Assembly (NCBI GenBank): GCA_964384105.1
Contig: CAYLJV010000001.1
Location: 160,001-224,000 of the forward strand
Source: Candidatus Hadarchaeota archaeon
GTDB lineage: Archaea > Hadarchaeota > Hadarchaeia > Hadarchaeales > JAGGTB01
Direction: 5' to 3'
DNA: 64,000 nucleotides
Each line of letters starts with the position of its first letter. The stretch's first letter is position 1. Made by a program: the position numbers and the translations under genes. Below the pieces are notes generated by a model. That model made no database searches, was not told the DNA's origin, and worked only from the letters and a program-made list of their open reading frames with translations. Below are positions 28,805-39,255 of the stretch, piece by piece.

Positions 28805-29953
28805 TTGGTTAGTTTGGAAGTTGCTATGAGAAAGTTAGGTCTTATCGTAAACCCAATAGCTGGAATGGGTGGAAAGGTTGGCCTGAAAGGAACTGATGGA
28901 AAAGAAACGCTCGAAAAAGCAGTTAAACTGGGTGCTACTCCTGTCTCCCCAGAGCGTGCGCGCATGACGCTCCATGAAATCTCGTCTTTGAGTGAAGAGA
29001 TTGAACTGGTTACTTATCCGAATGATATGGGGGAGAACGAGGCGCGGGAGAGCGGCTTCAATCCGACGGTTCTAGGACAATTGAGTTCAGAAAAAACAAC
29101 TGATCAGGATACCAAAAGAGCGGCAAATGAATTGACTGATTATGGTGTTGACCTGTTGCTCTTTGCAGGTGGAGATGGAACTGCTAGAGATATTTACGAT
29201 TCTATAGGTGAGCAAACTGTTGCTTTGGGTATACCGACGGGTGTTAAGATACACTCGAGTGTCTTTGCGTTAGATCCAAAGAATGCTGGTAGACTTGTTA
29301 AAAAGTATCTTGTAGGTGAGAGGAGAATCGAGGTCAGAGAAGGGGAGGTTATGGACATCGATGAAAGCGCTTTTAGAGAGGATAGGGTTTCTGCTAGACT
29401 TTATGGTTGTCTAAAGATACCATTTGAAAGAGAGATGGTGCAAAACGCAAAACAAAGCAGCAAGGGTTGTGAATCTCCGGAATCTATTGCCTGTGATATT
29501 GTAGAAAATATGAAAGAGAATTGTATCTACGTAGTAGGGCCGGGTACTACGACTAGAGCGATTATGAGACAACTCGGTTTAGATCATACTTTGCTTGGTG
29601 TAGATGCCGTTTGCGATAAGGAACTTATCGGTTCAGATCTTAATGAATCTCAGCTAATAGATCTTATCGAAAGTAATGAAGATAAGGATGTTAAGATAAT
29701 AGTCACGGCCATAGGTGGGCAGGGATATATATTTGGGAGAGGGAATCAACAAATCAGTCCCAAAGTAATCAAAAAAGTTGGTAAAAAAAATATAATTATA
29801 ATTTGTACTTCTGGTAAGATAGATTCCTTAAATAGCAGACCTCTTTTAGTGGACACCCCCGATAGAGAAGTCAACAAGATGTTAAGTGGTTATACTAGAG
29901 TCAAGACTGGATATAGAGAAGAAATTGTCTACAAGGTAAAAGGCTGCAAATAG
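28805..29953 (+). CDS. ATP-NAD kinase family protein
   Basis: LIVNPIAGMGG.VGLKGTDG, GGDGTARD, GVKIHS.VF, GGQG..FGRGNQQ. Confidence 0.9.
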   Translation: MVSLEVAMRKLGLIVNPIAGMGGKVGLKGTDGKETLEKAVKLGATPVSPERARMTLHEISSLSEEIELVTYPNDMGENEARESGFNPTVLGQLSSEKTTDQDTKRAANELTDYGVDLLLFAGGDGTARDIYDSIGEQTVALGIPTGVKIHSSVFALDPKNAGRLVKKYLVGERRIEVREGEVMDIDESAFREDRVSARLYGCLKIPFEREMVQNAKQSSKGCESPESIACDIVENMKENCIYVVGPGTTTRAIMRQLGLDHTLLGVDAVCDKELIGSDLNESQLIDLIESNEDKDVKIIVTAIGGQGYIFGRGNQQISPKVIKKVGKKNIIIICTSGKIDSLNSRPLLVDTPDREVNKMLSGYTRVKTGYREEIVYKVKGCK

Positions 29954-30206
29954 GTTTTTGGATTTTATTTAGTGGACGTTCGGATTTTTTTGGTGTAACA
30001 AAAAGGATTCAAGTCGACTGACTAGATTGTATTTCTAAATTGGGAGTTTTCTTAAGTCTGGCTTAGTTCTATAATCCAGATTTTTTTGATTATTGGTGAC
30101 CAATATTAAATCTTCAAATATTGCTTAATTTTGGATTTGAAGTTTATTTTATGGTTTCTCTTTTCGACATTTTTTGTTATGGGTGTAACAAAAAATCCAC
30201 TTGTTT

Positions 30207-30869
30207 TCATTCTAGTTCTCTCAGGTAAGTTCTCTCTGTCCCAAAGTTCCTTGCCTTGAGAACCTGTGAGAGATCGAATCCGTAGCGGGATACGGAGGCT
30301 AGGAATGGAATGAGTATGGGAATTTTTCTCTTTGCTCGTTTTAGTGGATTACCACCTTTCTTAAGACCGCGGGAAAGTTGGGCCTCTTCTATTTCTCTGA
30401 ATTTTCTTCTCATCTCTGGAATTAGCTTCATTGTGAGTGAGGAAATAAATGCAAATTTCCAAGGGACTCCCAGTTTTTTCAGCCCGAATTCGAACTCTTC
30501 TGGTGGAGTTGTGACTACTAACCAGGCTGCCGAGAACGCTACGGAAATAAGTCTGGATGCTATCATTATGGATCTTTCAATTCCTCCGGAAGTCACTGCC
30601 AATTCGAATAGTTTCAAGTCTACAGAAGCAAATGTTCTTCCATTGGCGTAGAAAAAGAGATTTATAGTAAACAGTATTGGAACAAGAATTGTTAGTGGGG
30701 ATAGGTAGGAAAATAGCTTTGACAGATAGCGGCCTTTGAGGGATATGATTATTATCACACTTGTTAAGAGTGCCATTACAAGAGTTCTTGAGATTATGAT
30801 AGCTAGAATTATCATTGCTGAGGTGAAGATTATCTTCAATCTCGGATCTATTTTCTTAATTTGAATCAC
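30207..30869 (-). CDS. ECF transporter transmembrane component T
   Basis: DPRLK, EAQLSRG and LKARNF coupling motifs. Confidence 0.9.
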   Translation of the reverse strand: MIQIKKIDPRLKIIFTSAMIILAIIISRTLVMALLTSVIIIISLKGRYLSKLFSYLSPLTILVPILFTINLFFYANGRTFASVDLKLFELAVTSGGIERSIMIASRLISVAFSAAWLVVTTPPEEFEFGLKKLGVPWKFAFISSLTMKLIPEMRRKFREIEEAQLSRGLKKGGNPLKRAKRKIPILIPFLASVSRYGFDLSQVLKARNFGTERTYLRELE

Positions 30870-31614
30870 CTTCTCGAAAAATCTTCAGAGCTTCTTCGAA
30901 ATTTTTTGGAGGATCTATTCCCTTGAATTCTGCCCATTCTACGATTTGGGGAACCTCTAAGCCTGCCTTATTGCAGAGTTCTCGATTCGAGAGAATCGAT
31001 TTAGCATTTTCATCTTTCAGGATTTTTCCGTTTTCTAGAAGGATAACTCTATCCGCAAATTCGTAGGCGAAATCGGAGTTGTGTGTTGAAAGTATTATGG
31101 TCGTCGATTTCTTCAGATATCTTAATAATTCCCCTATTTCCCTCTCGGCTTTTCTGTGTAGGCTTTTGACGGGCTCGTCTAGCACCATTAATTTTTGGAC
31201 TCCTGAAAGTACTGAAGCCATAGAGACCTTTCTCATCTCCCCTGCAGAGAGGGTAAAAGGTGATCGGTCCGCAAGCTCGAGTATATCGAGTTTTGAGAGC
31301 GCTTCTTCAGCTCGTTTCTTGTAGTTTAGATCGAGATTTTTTGGAAAAAACTCTACTTCTTCTCTGACTGTGTTGGCGAAGAAACCATCCTCGGGGTTTT
31401 CTGGAACAAATCCTACAAAACTTTCTTTTCCAACTTCGACCTCCCCTTTTTTTGGATCAAGCAATCCTGCTATCAGTTTTAGAAGAGTGGTTTTACCAGA
31501 ACCGTTTTTTCCCATTAGGGCCGTCAATTCCTCTTGTATTTCTAGAGAGACATCGGATATTGCTACTCTATCAGAATCCTTATATGAGAAGTAGATGTTC
31601 TTCGCTTTAACCAT
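30856..31614 (-). CDS. ECF transporter ATPase
   Basis: GKNGSGKTT, LSAGE, LDEP, STH. Confidence 0.9.
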   Translation of the reverse strand: MVKAKNIYFSYKDSDRVAISDVSLEIQEELTALMGKNGSGKTTLLKLIAGLLDPKKGEVEVGKESFVGFVPENPEDGFFANTVREEVEFFPKNLDLNYKKRAEEALSKLDILELADRSPFTLSAGEMRKVSMASVLSGVQKLMVLDEPVKSLHRKAEREIGELLRYLKKSTTIILSTHNSDFAYEFADRVILLENGKILKDENAKSILSNRELCNKAGLEVPQIVEWAEFKGIDPPKNFEEALKIFREGDSN

Positions 31615-32323
31615 CTTTTTCCACTTCCGCTTTCAGTTCTAATTCGAGAGGGAGTCGGACCCCCTCAGAGTATAGTTCGGATATGATCTCTTTCGGTTTT
31701 CCCTGATTTCTGATACGCCCGTTCTTCAAGAGTACGATTCGATCAACTATTGGAAATAGATCCTTGATGTCGTGTTCGGCTATTATGAGAGTTTTTTCCT
31801 GTTTTTTTATTTTCTTTATTTGATCTATCATCATTTTCTTGTTTGGAGAATCGAGCATCGAGAGAGGTTCGTCAAGTATCAAGATGTCAGGTTCGGTGAC
31901 CAATACTCCTACAAGAGCTACTTTCGCTGCTTCTCCAGAAGAGAGTTCTTTGGTCTCTCTTTCTAGGAAGTCCGTTAGATTGTAGACTTCAGCGTATTTT
32001 TCTATTCTTTCCTTTATTTCCCTCGGTGGTATGCCCTCGTTTTCTAGTCCGAAGGCCAGATCACTGATTACTTTTTCTCTAACAATCTGTTTCTTCGGTG
32101 ACTGGAATAAAAATCCGGATTCACCTTTCACTTTCACTTTGCCAGTGACTTCAAAGTTTCCGGGTAGAATGTCCTTCAGAGCCTTGCACAGTACTGTCTT
32201 TCCTGATCCAGGTTGTCCACAAAGTAGGACTGTTTCTCCCTTCTCTACCTTTAAATTCACATTTTTGAGGAGGGGCTTTCCTCCGCTTGTTTTGACTGTA
32301 AGAGCTGCAGTTTCTACAATCAA
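31607..32323 (-). CDS. ECF transporter ATPase
   Basis: GQPGSGKT, LSSGE, LDEPLSMLD, AEH. Confidence 0.9.
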   Translation of the reverse strand: MIVETAALTVKTSGGKPLLKNVNLKVEKGETVLLCGQPGSGKTVLCKALKDILPGNFEVTGKVKVKGESGFLFQSPKKQIVREKVISDLAFGLENEGIPPREIKERIEKYAEVYNLTDFLERETKELSSGEAAKVALVGVLVTEPDILILDEPLSMLDSPNKKMMIDQIKKIKKQEKTLIIAEHDIKDLFPIVDRIVLLKNGRIRNQGKPKEIISELYSEGVRLPLELELKAEVEKDG

Positions 32324-32826
32324 CTTCCGGCCAACTCTGGAATTCTCGATTTGATAGCTTGTGAGATTGGTATGGCTATTGCGGCCCCAACTCCTGCTTG
32401 GATTATGTCTATAGGGAGTTCTTGAAAGAGTGCAGCGGGGGTCCCTTCAAAGTATGCCCTAGCTAGTGTGTATCCTCCTATCATAATAGGGGCTCCTGCT
32501 CCTACCGCCAAGATTTTGCTTTTTACGCTTTCTCCAGCTATTCTGCCTACTAAAAATCCTTCTAATCCTTTGACTACGAGGGTTATAGGAGCGTAGAACG
32601 CCCATCCCAGTATAACGTCTGCTGCTGCCGCTCCAATTCCACCCGCTAGACCCCCAACTATTCCTCCGAATAGGAAGGCTGCTATGTAGATGAGGATCTC
32701 CCCGAAATTGAGGTATCCTAATCCAACTGGTATTGAAACCATTATGGTTGCAACAGCCACAGCGGCCGCGAAAGCCGAACTCAAAGCTATCTCTTCCGGA
32801 CCCAGAGATTCTTTTTTTGATTTCAT
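32320..32826 (-). CDS. ECF transporter S component
   Basis: GYLNFGE...GGIGAAAAD...YAPITLVVKGLEG; heads the ECF operon. Confidence 0.88.
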   Translation of the reverse strand: MKSKKESLGPEEIALSSAFAAAVAVATIMVSIPVGLGYLNFGEILIYIAAFLFGGIVGGLAGGIGAAAADVILGWAFYAPITLVVKGLEGFLVGRIAGESVKSKILAVGAGAPIMIGGYTLARAYFEGTPAALFQELPIDIIQAGVGAAIAIPISQAIKSRIPELAGS

Positions 32827-33076
32827 AATATATCAGTCGACCTAATTTTGTACTAATTGGATAAAAACACTCTTTTTGAATTTTTGGCATAAGTGTGATT
32901 TTATCCGGTAAATGGTATTTAATCATGATATAAGGGTGTTATGGGATATTTATTGATATTCGAGAGATTTTTATAGTCTTTAAAAATTAATTTTTTTATC
33001 AAAAATTTTTCTTCTTCTTAGAAAGAAAATGGTATTGAGGAAATTTTTACTGTATTTCGGAAATATGGGGGCATAA

Positions 33077-33470
33077 TGAGTTCAAAATTTTTTTGTATGG
33101 TTTTATTTTCTGTGTTTTGTTTATGGTTTTTGCTATCATAAATGGATTTATTTATTCCTCAGTCATTGGTGAGTGGAAAGGGCACGTAGTTAATTCTCTA
33201 CCCATTATCGAGTTTGTAGTTCTCGTAACGTACCTATTTCTAAATAACTTATTATCAGATTATACATCACTTCAGTTAATCCTTCTGGGGTTCTCTGACT
33301 ATCCATGACGGTGGCTTTCGAGTTTATCTTTCAACATTACTTAATGGGAGTTTCTTGGAATACCGCTGCTATCTGATTATTCTTGAGAGGAAAATATGGT
33401 CATTAGTGGTACTTACAACACTAATCGCTCCGTATGTCGTGGGAGTTATTCGTAAAGAAATAAATTTTCC
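33077..33470 (+). pseudogene. Frameshifted remnant of a small membrane protein gene
   Basis: Pieces FAIING, TVAFEFIFQHYLMGVSW, LLSDY and IWSLVVLTTLIAPYVVG lie in shifting frames. Confidence 0.55.
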
Positions 33471-33537
33471 TTAAATCTGGCCTAAAAATCTAAATTAAAA
33501 TTTTAAGTCTAAGGGGCGTTTTTGATTCCTTCTTTGA

Positions 33538-33960
33538 TTATTTCTCTTTGAATTTCTTAGTGTAGAACGAAATACCACGATAATTTACTAGTTTTTCGTT
33601 TTTTGGCGATTCTTCTGAACTCAATGGCTTTATTAGAAGGTCTGATTTTACTTCTTTTGAGATGCTTTCTAGAAAGGAGTGTAGTTCGGTGGGTGGTCTG
33701 ATCGAAAAAATTAGTTCTGCGCCTTGATATATACTCTTTTTTGGAGATGTGATATCGTCTTGATAGAATTCTATGCCATTAGGAACTTCCAATTCTCTCA
33801 TATCTGTGCTGATTAACTCGCAGTTTGGGATTTTCTCTTTTAGGAACTCTGCGGTATGAAAAGATTTCCCTATTCCAATTTCTACAATCTTTTTGGCATA
33901 GGGATAATTCTCAGCAATCCACTGGGCTATCAATTCGAAATCATTCATTCGATGACCCAA
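33538..33960 (-). CDS. UPF0146 family protein
   Basis: KIVEIGIG, DDITSP, IFSIRPPTEL, IKPLSSE. Confidence 0.88.
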   Translation of the reverse strand: MGHRMNDFELIAQWIAENYPYAKKIVEIGIGKSFHTAEFLKEKIPNCELISTDMRELEVPNGIEFYQDDITSPKKSIYQGAELIFSIRPPTELHSFLESISKEVKSDLLIKPLSSEESPKNEKLVNYRGISFYTKKFKEK

Positions 33961-35600
33961 GTCGGTAAATCTACCTCAAAGACCGCTACGGGATGACTTA
34001 ATTCAAAATTAAGTATAACTTCTGGGTGTAACTCTCCTACGAATCCAATATGTTTTCCTTCCACTAGAAATTCTGCTGCTCTTTCGTTTATTAACGAAGG
34101 ATGTTCGAAGGGTTTCACTTTCCATTCTATATCGAGCTCTCGAAGCAATGCTTCGGCTAGTGATCTAGAATATGTAAATTCAGCTTTTTCCCCCGTTTCC
34201 GCTGCTGCTGCTCTTCTGACGGTTTTCGCTCCGTTTTCGGATTCTTTATCTAGAGTTACTACGTCCCCGACTTCAAAGATTTGTTGGGGGAGTTCGTGAT
34301 GTCTGTTTTCTCTGAGTACTTCCATCAGGCCGGGAAGTAACCAGCTTCGAAGAATTGAATATTCTTCAGAGATCGGATTTTTTATTGTTACTGCATCTCC
34401 TTCAAAGTTCATCATTTCGAAGTTCAGTTTTTCGCTGGTGAGCATGTAAGGCATTACTTCCATTAGGCCGAGTCCTGTAAGAATTTCTCTGGCTATTTCA
34501 CTCATTTCACTCTCTGGTTTCACTTCTCCCGAAGTTTCTATCGAAGGAAGATAAGGTTCTAATCTATCGTAGCCAAAACCTATAGCGATATCTTCGAAAA
34601 GATCGACTTCGTGCATTAGATCAAAACGGTAAAATGGAACTTCAACTTTTATTTTTCCGTTTTCTTCTTCTAAAACTCTATATCTCATCTTTTCGATTAT
34701 TTCTTTAATTTCATCGGAACTGAGATCAAGGCCTAATTTTGTATTTGCTCTTTTTATATCGAATGTTCGTTTTCTATTTTCTATTCTTGGTGTTTCCAAT
34801 GTTTTATCAGGATATTCTACAGTTACTGCTCTCAAATCAAATCCTCGTTCAGCAACTGCACTCATAACTACCTGTAGCGCTTGTTCTGCAGCTTTTCTGT
34901 CAGTTCCCGTCACGTCAATTGCCATTTTCTTCGTGTTGATAGTTACCCGAGATTTTTCACTGTTTATTATTGGTGGCATGGAGAGAACTTGATCATTTGA
35001 ATCTACTAATATCGGATATTTTCGTAGACCCTCCATCAGATGACTATATTCTTTTCCTTTTGGATGTTTTTCGAGAATCTCTTTTGGGGATAGTTTTTTC
35101 CTAAAATCTAGAGGGGCGAAACCCTCGCTTTCAGGTTCTATTGTAGTAAATCTGATAGGTGTCTTGAGATCCTTCATATCGTAGGTTCCTATGGATATTT
35201 TTCTTCTATCTTGTCCTATTATCTCATGTAGAGTGTCTTGAAGATCCATTAGACCTTTCAAAGATCTTTCGCTAAAATCTGCATTTTCAACGATACCCAT
35301 GACGATTACTGGTCTGATTTTTTTGACCTCCGAATCGACTTTTAATTTTATTTTTGGCTTAAGGAGGTCGTAGTTAGGAACGCCAGTTTCTATACCTAGA
35401 TAGCCTTTTAAGGCTCGAGCTATCCCTTCAACTCCAAATAAATCAGGTCTATTGTGGAATACTTCCAGCTTTAAACTCTCGGTAGTCATTCCTTCGACTT
35501 CTATACCGAGATTTTGAAGAGGATTTTTGAGTTCACTAAGCGTATATTTTTTACCTAGTAGGTTATTTAGATCGGATAGATCTATTGTTATAGTCGGCAT
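33945..35600 (-). CDS. pheT: Phenylalanine-tRNA ligase beta subunit
   Basis: MPTI, NRPDL, LSMPPIINS, RFDLMHEVDLFEDIAIGFGY, GELHPEV. Confidence 0.97.
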   Translation of the reverse strand: MPTITIDLSDLNNLLGKKYTLSELKNPLQNLGIEVEGMTTESLKLEVFHNRPDLFGVEGIARALKGYLGIETGVPNYDLLKPKIKLKVDSEVKKIRPVIVMGIVENADFSERSLKGLMDLQDTLHEIIGQDRRKISIGTYDMKDLKTPIRFTTIEPESEGFAPLDFRKKLSPKEILEKHPKGKEYSHLMEGLRKYPILVDSNDQVLSMPPIINSEKSRVTINTKKMAIDVTGTDRKAAEQALQVVMSAVAERGFDLRAVTVEYPDKTLETPRIENRKRTFDIKRANTKLGLDLSSDEIKEIIEKMRYRVLEEENGKIKVEVPFYRFDLMHEVDLFEDIAIGFGYDRLEPYLPSIETSGEVKPESEMSEIAREILTGLGLMEVMPYMLTSEKLNFEMMNFEGDAVTIKNPISEEYSILRSWLLPGLMEVLRENRHHELPQQIFEVGDVVTLDKESENGAKTVRRAAAAETGEKAEFTYSRSLAEALLRELDIEWKVKPFEHPSLINERAAEFLVEGKHIGFVGELHPEVILNFELSHPVAVFEVDLPTWVIE

Positions 35601-35604
35601 TTTT

Positions 35605-37137
35605 TTACCTCAGTGGTTGCTTTTTTAGCCATTCGAGATCGTTATTGTGAAGGTCTCTCATATCCTCGATCCCCATCCGGATCATAGCGAGTCTACTAAA
35701 GCCAATTCCCCAGGCTAAAACGGGGTATTCTATTCCTAAAGGTTCTAAAAGTTCTGGTCTGAACATTCCGGCGCCTAAAAGTTCGATCCATTCTTCTAAT
35801 TCGGGGAAATAACCATCAGCTTCGGCGGATGGTTCGGTATATGGAAAGTAACCAGGTCTGAACCTAATTTTGGTTATCCCTATATCATGCAGAATTTGTT
35901 TTAGGTATCCTAACATATGCCTGAAATTAAGATTGGGGGCCATTACGATTCCTTCTGCTTGCGGAAATTCTGCTAAGTGCTGGTAATCTATCCTTTCACG
36001 GCGAAAAACTTTACCTATACAGAAGACTTTAACTGGTGGTTCGGGTTTTGTGGATAGATATCTTACTGTATCTGCTGTTGTTTGTGACCTCAAAATAGTC
36101 TTTTTACTGATATTTTTATCGAATTTGTATCCCCACCCATCTGACCCGGCTACTCCGTCTTCGTGAGCCTTTTTGACTCTCTCCAATAATTTTTCGTTTA
36201 TATTTTTGGTTTCCTCGGGTTTTGATAAAGAGAGAGTATCATGAATCGCTCTGGCTGGATGATTCTGTGCTTGGTAAAGAGCATCAAAATTCCAGAATTC
36301 AGATTCGACAATAGGTCCGTTTATTTCTTTAAAACCCATTTTTAGAAGAATAAACCTTAGTTTTTCTATCATTCTTCTCTGTGGATGCTTTTTACCAGGA
36401 TATGTTGAAGGGCCAGGTGCAGTTACATTATATTTCCTTAATTTGACTTCTTTCCATTTTCCACTTTCTATAAGATCTTTTGAAATTTTGCTTACTGTTT
36501 TTTGCGTATCAAATCCTGATTCTAACGCTTTTTCTCCTTCTTTGGTTAGAATTAGTTCTCTTTCTACTCTTTCTTTTGATTTTAATAATCCCCTACTTTC
36601 TAGGGTGGAGATTTCACTCCTAAGATCTGGATTAATTTGATTTAAAAATAAATTATTTTCTTTTTCGAACTTTTCTAATAATAATTCGTCTTTTCCTTTC
36701 TCCCCTTTGGCTTTGAGGCCTTTTTCTGTTACTTTTAGAATTCTACTTTCACCGTTTTCTATTTCAGCCCATCCTTTTCTTTTTAACCAGCCAATTGAAA
36801 TTCCGATTTTCTTTTGAGGGATATCGGTTTTATCTGATAAAGAATCAAGAGGTAAGGAGGTTTCTTTTACTAGAATCTCTAGTATCTTCTTTTCAGGCAA
36901 TGAATTACTTATATAGTCTCTCCCTTCCTCGGTTACAAAAATTTCTTTTCTGGTCTTCTCTTGTATTTCGACAAGATTTTTTTCTTCTAAATTAAGCGCA
37001 GATCTCATTATCGCCGGATGTTCAAGGTCAGTTGATTCTTCTATTTTCTCTATTTCTGTTTCTTTTAGTTCACCCAAGGCCGTTAGGATTTTCTTCTCTT
37101 GGTTGGTTAGATTTTCCAGCTCATCTTTCTGTATCAT
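35605..37137 (-). CDS. pheS: Phenylalanine-tRNA ligase alpha subunit
   Basis: FWNFDAL..AQNHPAR, LRSQTT, FRRE, YFPYTEPS, GAGMFRPE. Confidence 0.97.
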   Translation of the reverse strand: MIQKDELENLTNQEKKILTALGELKETEIEKIEESTDLEHPAIMRSALNLEEKNLVEIQEKTRKEIFVTEEGRDYISNSLPEKKILEILVKETSLPLDSLSDKTDIPQKKIGISIGWLKRKGWAEIENGESRILKVTEKGLKAKGEKGKDELLLEKFEKENNLFLNQINPDLRSEISTLESRGLLKSKERVERELILTKEGEKALESGFDTQKTVSKISKDLIESGKWKEVKLRKYNVTAPGPSTYPGKKHPQRRMIEKLRFILLKMGFKEINGPIVESEFWNFDALYQAQNHPARAIHDTLSLSKPEETKNINEKLLERVKKAHEDGVAGSDGWGYKFDKNISKKTILRSQTTADTVRYLSTKPEPPVKVFCIGKVFRRERIDYQHLAEFPQAEGIVMAPNLNFRHMLGYLKQILHDIGITKIRFRPGYFPYTEPSAEADGYFPELEEWIELLGAGMFRPELLEPLGIEYPVLAWGIGFSRLAMIRMGIEDMRDLHNNDLEWLKKQPLR

Positions 37138-37173
37138 CGGGTAATGACACTCCTTTCAATTTATTAGACTTTT

Positions 37174-37821
37174 TCATGCTATTCCAGCGTTTTCTATTTT
37201 GGTGGATATTTTTTCCATCATTTCTTCGATCGGCTTTTCTTCCTTTGCAATAATGTCTTCGACTATTCCTTTTTCTTTGTAGTAATTGATTAAGGGTTGA
37301 GTTTTCCTTTCGTATTCCTTTAGTCTTTTCTTGATTACTTCGGGTTTATCATCTTCTCTCTGGTAAAGTTCTCCACCACACTTGTCGCAAATTCCTTCTT
37401 CTTCAGGTTGTAAGGATCTTAAATTATAGATTTCACCACATTCTGTGCATATTCTCCGATTTGACAGTCTCTCAATTATGACATCCTCAGACACTTTTAG
37501 GTTTATTACTAAATCGATGTCAGTCATGTCATCTAGAGCTTCCGCTTGTTTAGTGGTTCTTGGATATCCATCTAAGACAAAACCGTTTTCACAGTCTGGT
37601 TCAGATAGTCTTTTCTCTACGACTTCTATTACGGTCTCGTCAGGGACTAATGCCCCCGTGTCGAGGTATTCCTTGACTTCTTTCCCTAGTTTTGTGCCTT
37701 TATCTACCTCTCTTCTGAAGATATCTCCAGTGGCTATGTGTGGTATGCCGTATTTTTCACTTATACGGCTGCTATAAGTTCCTTTTCCACCTCCTGGTGG
37801 ACCAAGTACTATCAATCTCAT
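37174..37821 (-). CDS. adk: Adenylate kinase (bacterial type, Zn-binding LID)
   Basis: GPPGGGKGT, LVPDE, LDGYPRT, CTECG...CDKCG, QREDD. Confidence 0.96.
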   Translation of the reverse strand: MRLIVLGPPGGGKGTYSSRISEKYGIPHIATGDIFRREVDKGTKLGKEVKEYLDTGALVPDETVIEVVEKRLSEPDCENGFVLDGYPRTTKQAEALDDMTDIDLVINLKVSEDVIIERLSNRRICTECGEIYNLRSLQPEEEGICDKCGGELYQREDDKPEVIKKRLKEYERKTQPLINYYKEKGIVEDIIAKEEKPIEEMMEKISTKIENAGIA

Positions 37822-37878
37822 TATTTTTCACCTCCTACTCTTTTCTGACTTTGGAAATAAAATCCTTGTTCCATTTTT

Positions 37879-38862
37879 TTACTTTCGAAAGTGTTCATAT
37901 CCTCTGTCTGGTAGATCTTCTAGTTTACCATTTCGACGGATAGTTACTCCTTCGTTTCCTTTAACTCTCCCGATTTTTGATATTCGGGTTCCTATTTCTT
38001 CGAATTTCTTCTTTAACTCTTTCCATCCATTGGGTTTTACCGTAAAAAGGAGTTCGAAATCTTCTCCCCCATATAGGATAATTTCATCCAGATCAAATCC
38101 TTCTTCTCTTACTAGCTTCTTGGCGTCTTTGTTGATTGGGAGTTTTCCATGTTCTATAGTTAATCCAACATCGCTTTCCTTTGAAATCTGCCAGAGATTT
38201 GCGGCTAAACCATCAGTAACGTCTATTGCAGAAGTCACTTTTCCAGATTTTGAGAGTATTTTCCCTTCTTCTACTCTCGCTGTGGGTTCCTGAAGAGCAA
38301 TTTTTAAATCTTTTTTGTTTTCAAAATCTATGTTTTCCAATGTGGCTTTAACTGCTGCAGTTGCTGCTCCTAGTTCTCCTGTGATTCCAATTATATCTCC
38401 TTTTTCGGCTCCGGATCTCAATAGTAATCTTTCTTGAGTGGTAATTCCGAATGCTGTACCGGAGACAATTATTTCTTCGGCTTCGTTTAAATCTCCCCCA
38501 ACTAAAGATGAACCGTATTTTCTGGCAGTCGAGTTCATCGATTTTAGTAGATCAGAGACAAATTCTACCTCAAGGTTCGCTGGAGTTCCGACCGAATAAA
38601 CTAACCCGATTGGATCTGCACCCATCGCAGCTATATCACTTAGATTCACTACTACTGCTTTCTTTCCTATTTGTGCACTTGGAGTATCTAGGGTGAAGTG
38701 AACGTTGCTGATGAGCATGTCTGTGGTTATAACCAACAGATTTTCACCTATTTCTAGGACCGCTCCGTCGTCTCCAACTCCCACTTTCACATATGGGCCT
38801 TTTTCACAAATATTCCTTGTGAGTTCTAAGAGAGTTCTCTCCCCTACATCTTTCAGCTTCAT
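37879..38862 (-). CDS. thiL: Thiamine-monophosphate kinase
   Basis: GDDGA, NLSDIAAMG, GGD, DVTDGL, GGEDFELLFT, GYEHF. Confidence 0.95.
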   Translation of the reverse strand: MKLKDVGERTLLELTRNICEKGPYVKVGVGDDGAVLEIGENLLVITTDMLISNVHFTLDTPSAQIGKKAVVVNLSDIAAMGADPIGLVYSVGTPANLEVEFVSDLLKSMNSTARKYGSSLVGGDLNEAEEIIVSGTAFGITTQERLLLRSGAEKGDIIGITGELGAATAAVKATLENIDFENKKDLKIALQEPTARVEEGKILSKSGKVTSAIDVTDGLAANLWQISKESDVGLTIEHGKLPINKDAKKLVREEGFDLDEIILYGGEDFELLFTVKPNGWKELKKKFEEIGTRISKIGRVKGNEGVTIRRNGKLEDLPDRGYEHFRK

Positions 38863-38872
38863 TTTTTTACAC

Positions 38873-39241
38873 CTATAGCAATTTTAAGTTTCCAGTAACC
38901 TTATCAATCTCTTCGTTTGGAGCGGGTCCAATTCCGAGAACTGTTGATGTACCGGGGTCAAGCTCAGTTAATCCGGCGTCGGTTATCAGTTTATGGGGGA
39001 GACCTACATTTTTTGCTTTCTTTTTCAAGCTTCCCAGTTTTTTCTCTGACTCAATCTTAACGACTACTTTTTTCTGCTGTTCATCGATCCAATTTCTGTA
39101 CCACTCTGGGTGATTCTTTCTTGTTTTCTCTGCTGCTGAGAGAGATGCATGTGCTACTTGAACTGCGAGTTTACCTGGACTCATACCGAGATCAGTTCTT
39201 ACTACCATGACTTGCTTGTATTTGAAAGTCATTTCACTCAT
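38873..39241 (-). CDS. pth2: Peptidyl-tRNA hydrolase Pth2
   Basis: KQVMVVRTDL.MS.GK.A.QVAHA, DAGLTE, GIGP. Confidence 0.96.
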   Translation of the reverse strand: MSEMTFKYKQVMVVRTDLGMSPGKLAVQVAHASLSAAEKTRKNHPEWYRNWIDEQQKKVVVKIESEKKLGSLKKKAKNVGLPHKLITDAGLTELDPGTSTVLGIGPAPNEEIDKVTGNLKLL

Positions 39242-39255
39242 CTTTGATGGAAATT

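Noticed and set aside
37174-37821. Bacterial-type adenylate kinase as a novelty
   Set aside because: This type is already known in several euryarchaeal groups.
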